DNA of 64,000 nt. It comes from Leucoraja ocellata. Lineage: Eukaryota. The notes beneath the pieces are model-generated. The model was not told the origin of the DNA. It did not search any database and saw nothing but the letters and a program-made list of their open reading frames with translations. Within the stretch, counting starts at the first letter, position 1. Every line of letters starts with the position of its first letter. Positions 60,739-64,000 of this stretch are shown here, in pieces. The stretch spans positions 248,001 through 312,000 of the forward strand of contig JAWMAR010001015.1 in the NCBI GenBank assembly GCA_036785375.1. The letters are read 5' to 3'. The translations under genes were made by a program, and so were the position numbers.

Positions 60739-63700
60739 ATTTTACTTCGGAGTCAAGTGCGTGACTACGTGAGGAACCCGCTCAGCACGCATGCGCGGCA
60801 TTACGTTCACGCAGGCAACAGCGGCAAGCGGGAGTCAGGCGCTCCCGCTACAAGCCTGAAGGAAGGAACCGTTAGGTAAGTACTTACCTTCAGTTTTAAC
60901 TAGCGACTCGCGTCTGTTTGTTGCTCCAGGTGGAGCAAAGCAGCAGATGCAAGCGGCCCCCGTTGGACTCTGGGGAAGGAGCGTTCCGTTCGCGGAGGGG
61001 GGAGAGACGGCACCAGGACCACACACGCTGCGGTCCACAGATAGGGAGCTGCGTCGGTGCCAGTCCAGACGTAAGCCCCCCCTCCCCCCACCCCCCCGTG
61101 GCCTCTGGGGAAGGAGCATTCCGTTCGCGGAGGGGGGAGAGACGGCACCAGGACCACACACGCTGCGGTCCACAGACAGAGCTGCGCTGGTTTCCAGTCC
61201 AGAGGCACAGCGGGAGTCAGGTACCCCCGCTACAGTTAAAAAACGGACCATCAGGTAAGTCTACTCTGAGGTCGGTTTTCCTGGCTTGGAGCGGCTCATG
61301 GAGCGTAAGCTCCAGCGAGACGTGCTTCGTGAGGAGCAGTTTCGCAGAGGGAATTCAGGCACTCCCTCCACACTGGCCATTGCTTCCTCCTCATCCGAGG
61401 ACAGCTTTGGCGACCAGAGCTGGGCTGGTCAAGAAGATGGGCACTGGCTGAACAATATCGGGAGTATGCTTGGGGTACAGGATCAGGAAGAGCTGCTGGG
61501 TGTGGCCGCTACGTGGTTTCACCACGAGCAAGGTGGCCTTTCAGTCTTAACTGATGGCCAGCCTACTACCTGTTTTTTCCAAAAAACCTCTCCAAGACTG
61601 GTAGCCATGAGGCATTGGTTTCATCACGCCTCCCCTAAATTGCATTTACTCGAAGTGCCCGCCATTATTGGGGGATACATTGAGCAGCGCATTTTAACCC
61701 AAATATCTTAAAATTACATTTGATACCCTGACGTCGGCTATCATGTCCACCTGCTCATTCCAGAAGGGCAGGGTAGTATGGCAAAACACCTGACCCTACT
61801 GTTCAACAGTATACCCCGTAACTTCTCAAGGGAAGTCACAAACCTGCCCTCAATGTATGAAATTCACAGGACTGTGAGAACGCCGATCTCACAACCACAG
61901 ATCCTGCTACCTGGCACTTACCAAACCAGTCCTAAAAACTGGACAAAGTGTTCAAACTATTCGGCACAAGAGGGCAGAGTCTGGAATGAGCACCACACTA
62001 AACCAGACAGCAGTACCTCTACGCGTCCACCAGGGGCGTCTACCTCATGGTACTGGTGAAAGCTCGGGGCCTGCATGCCAATCCCGTAAGCCTTTTAGGC
62101 CAGGGCCCACAGCAGGCCCCATGGAAAATGCTCCACCCCCCAACAAACATCGTCCCTACAAGAACAAGGAACCAGAAACTGAAGAAAACAACAATGAAGG
62201 CAGATAGGTTTGGTTCCTACTATGACATAAAGGTGAAGGGTTTGTACTAACAAGGGGTGGGTGAATCACGCCTGGTTAGGAAGCTATCACTCTTGGTAGT
62301 TATATACCAAAATATATATTCAAGGGGAATAGAATTAATATCTTGCCACCAAATCAGCAAGCACCCCAAGGAGTCTACCCTCCCACGATGGTGAATGTCG
62401 CACCATCATTGATTAACCACTTGAGTTAGGTATGTTACAAAACCTACCTGAATCGTCATTGGGAATCTGCCCACAGCCAGGTCCGCGATTTTGGCGCTGT
62501 TTGGAGGGGGCGGGTTTAAAACGCGATTTTTACTAGGCTGTACTAATCGCAGATGTTCAGCCTAGTAAATCATTAACCAAAAATCGCTGCAAGACCCGGT
62601 CGCAAAAGGTATTATTAGTTTTATAGGCCTCGATAATATAGTTCTAATAGTTTTTAAATTACTCTCTGATTCCGCAACCTCTCGCAGCCCCAGGGTTTTA
62701 TAAAGCAAACAATTAAAGGTATGTACCTTATTTTTACATTAAATGGGGCATATATATAACCCTGTATATCAAGTTATCTATAGCGAGTAGTTCATTTTGG
62801 GCTTTTTATATCCCGCAGTATTTTTCTCGGCATTTGAGGGCACTAATCCAGCGCGATGTCAACATTCTAAACCAGTGCGTTCACAGAAACCCACTAGAAA
62901 GCCGATTTAAATGGGCATTTATTTACAGCAATTGAACACTAAATTCCTTCCATTTGGCCTATAAATTAATGTAAAAGATATAAAAATCATGTTATATTGT
63001 GAATTATTTGTGAATAATCTTTGGACACTTAGGCTATTTAAAAATGTTAATCTTTCCTTAAGAAATGGGCTTTTGACAATCCAAGATCACAGCTTTTTTG
63101 TAATGTCCATTGAAAATCAATAGGGAACAAGATGCTAATTTCCGAGTATGAAAATGGCCATAACTTTTTTAATACTTGAGATATGAAAGTGAATTTGGTG
63201 TCAAATTAAACTTATTGTTATGCTTTATCTGATGGGATAAATTGCAGACTTGATTTTTAAAATCTCAAAATTTTGTAACATTGCTACTTCAGTATTTCAC
63301 CAGGTATACCCACATGGGATTTGTAACTCCTACCATGGATCCAAGGACACTTTATGGTAGACATCGACTTTGAAGATGCATACTATTCAGTACCTTTTCA
63401 TATAAGTTTTTTGGATATACCACAATTACCTGGATGGGGTAACCATGCGAGCATTGCCATTTTCATTCGCTGCACATCTCGCGTGTGTATGTGACAAATA
63501 AACTTGATTTGAGTATTGAATTGGCATATAAGCCGAAGCTATTCCAGAATCAACCAGCCCTGACACTTAAGGAACATTCCGTCATGGCATGTCTATATAT
63601 TAATGACAGACTATCCTTGGATAAAGCTTTATTAGCTGCATTAGCTACTAACTTATTTAGCTGGCTCTGTCATATATCCAGATATTACGTTGACCATCCA

Positions 63701-64000
63701 CAACATTGTCTATCTGGTATTCATTAATGCTATCAGTTATGGTAACATTTAACCACCATTCAACTACGTGGCAAAGTAATTGGGATAGTAGCAGCATTAC
63801 CAGCTACTGAACATTGTCCCTTTCCTATGAGCTGAGATACTTGTGTTCAAACTATATTCCATACCTATAATATGGTGGCAAATGGACTAATCTGGAGTGT
63901 CATCATGGAATTCATCTGCATAGGAAGGATTATGGTTGTACACTTCCACCTGGTTTCAGTAACATCTTATGTGTTCTGATGTGTTACTGAGCTTGTAATA
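60739..64000 (+). mobile_element. Second, degenerate DIRS element (runs off the window)
   Basis: Starts attttacttcggagtca.gtg.gtgac..cgtga.gaacccgctcag, like 32454. Gag similarity (GDQSWAG..GSMLGVQDQEELLGV) and decayed RT/RNase H-like sequence at ~63570-63960. Interrupted by a TIR element and a Rex1 tail (~63447-63512). Confidence 0.8.
62427..63286. mobile_element. Non-autonomous DNA transposon (superfamily uncertain)
   Basis: 16-bp TIRs with 2 mismatches (taggtatgttacaaaa / ttttgtaacattgcta), flanks cttgagt / cttcagt, no ORF, and it interrupts the DIRS remnant. Confidence 0.6.

Noticed and set aside
60968-61176. 74-nt direct repeat (also 22-nt repeats at ~18995/19073) as an array-like system
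   Set aside because: There are only two copies each, consistent with simple local duplications, and no repeat-spacer architecture.
1-64000. V, D or J segments, recombination signal sequences, or additional C exons
   Set aside because: I saw no V or J coding motif and no convincing heptamer-spacer-nonamer pair. Isolated cacagtg matches near TM1 lack nonamers. The 5' part of the gene must lie beyond 64000, and the N gaps could not be inspected.

Overview
This is repeat-dense vertebrate genomic DNA. The immunoglobulin exons, V-SINEs and CR1 abundance point to a cartilaginous fish, and a skate or ray is my guess. The only host gene I can support is the 3' end of an immunoglobulin heavy-chain gene on the minus strand, most likely IgW (skate IgX), with IgNAR not excluded. 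It has two C1-set constant exons (60035-59733, 59316-58999), a transmembrane exon TM1 (57406-57267), a candidate cytoplasmic exon TM2 (52345-52334, VQQ*) and a poly(A) signal (~51655). A head-to-tail duplication (copy A 5620-22207, copy B 22209-58366) created a second TM1/TM2/poly(A) cassette with intact splice sites ~36 kb further downstream (21247-21108, 18887-18876). That copy has no C exons of its own. The two copies then diverged through private deletions and insertions. Two different L1s landed ~57 bp apart at the paralogous site. The L1 in copy B became a 20-kb nested stack containing CR1s, Rex1/Babar and a structurally complete DIRS1 element. The rest of the window is CR1, Rex1, Tx1 and Penelope fragments, V-SINEs, a solo LTR, two TIR elements, long polypurine tracts and three N gaps. 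All calls were made by eye, so repeat boundaries not fixed by target-site duplications (TSDs) are approximate.
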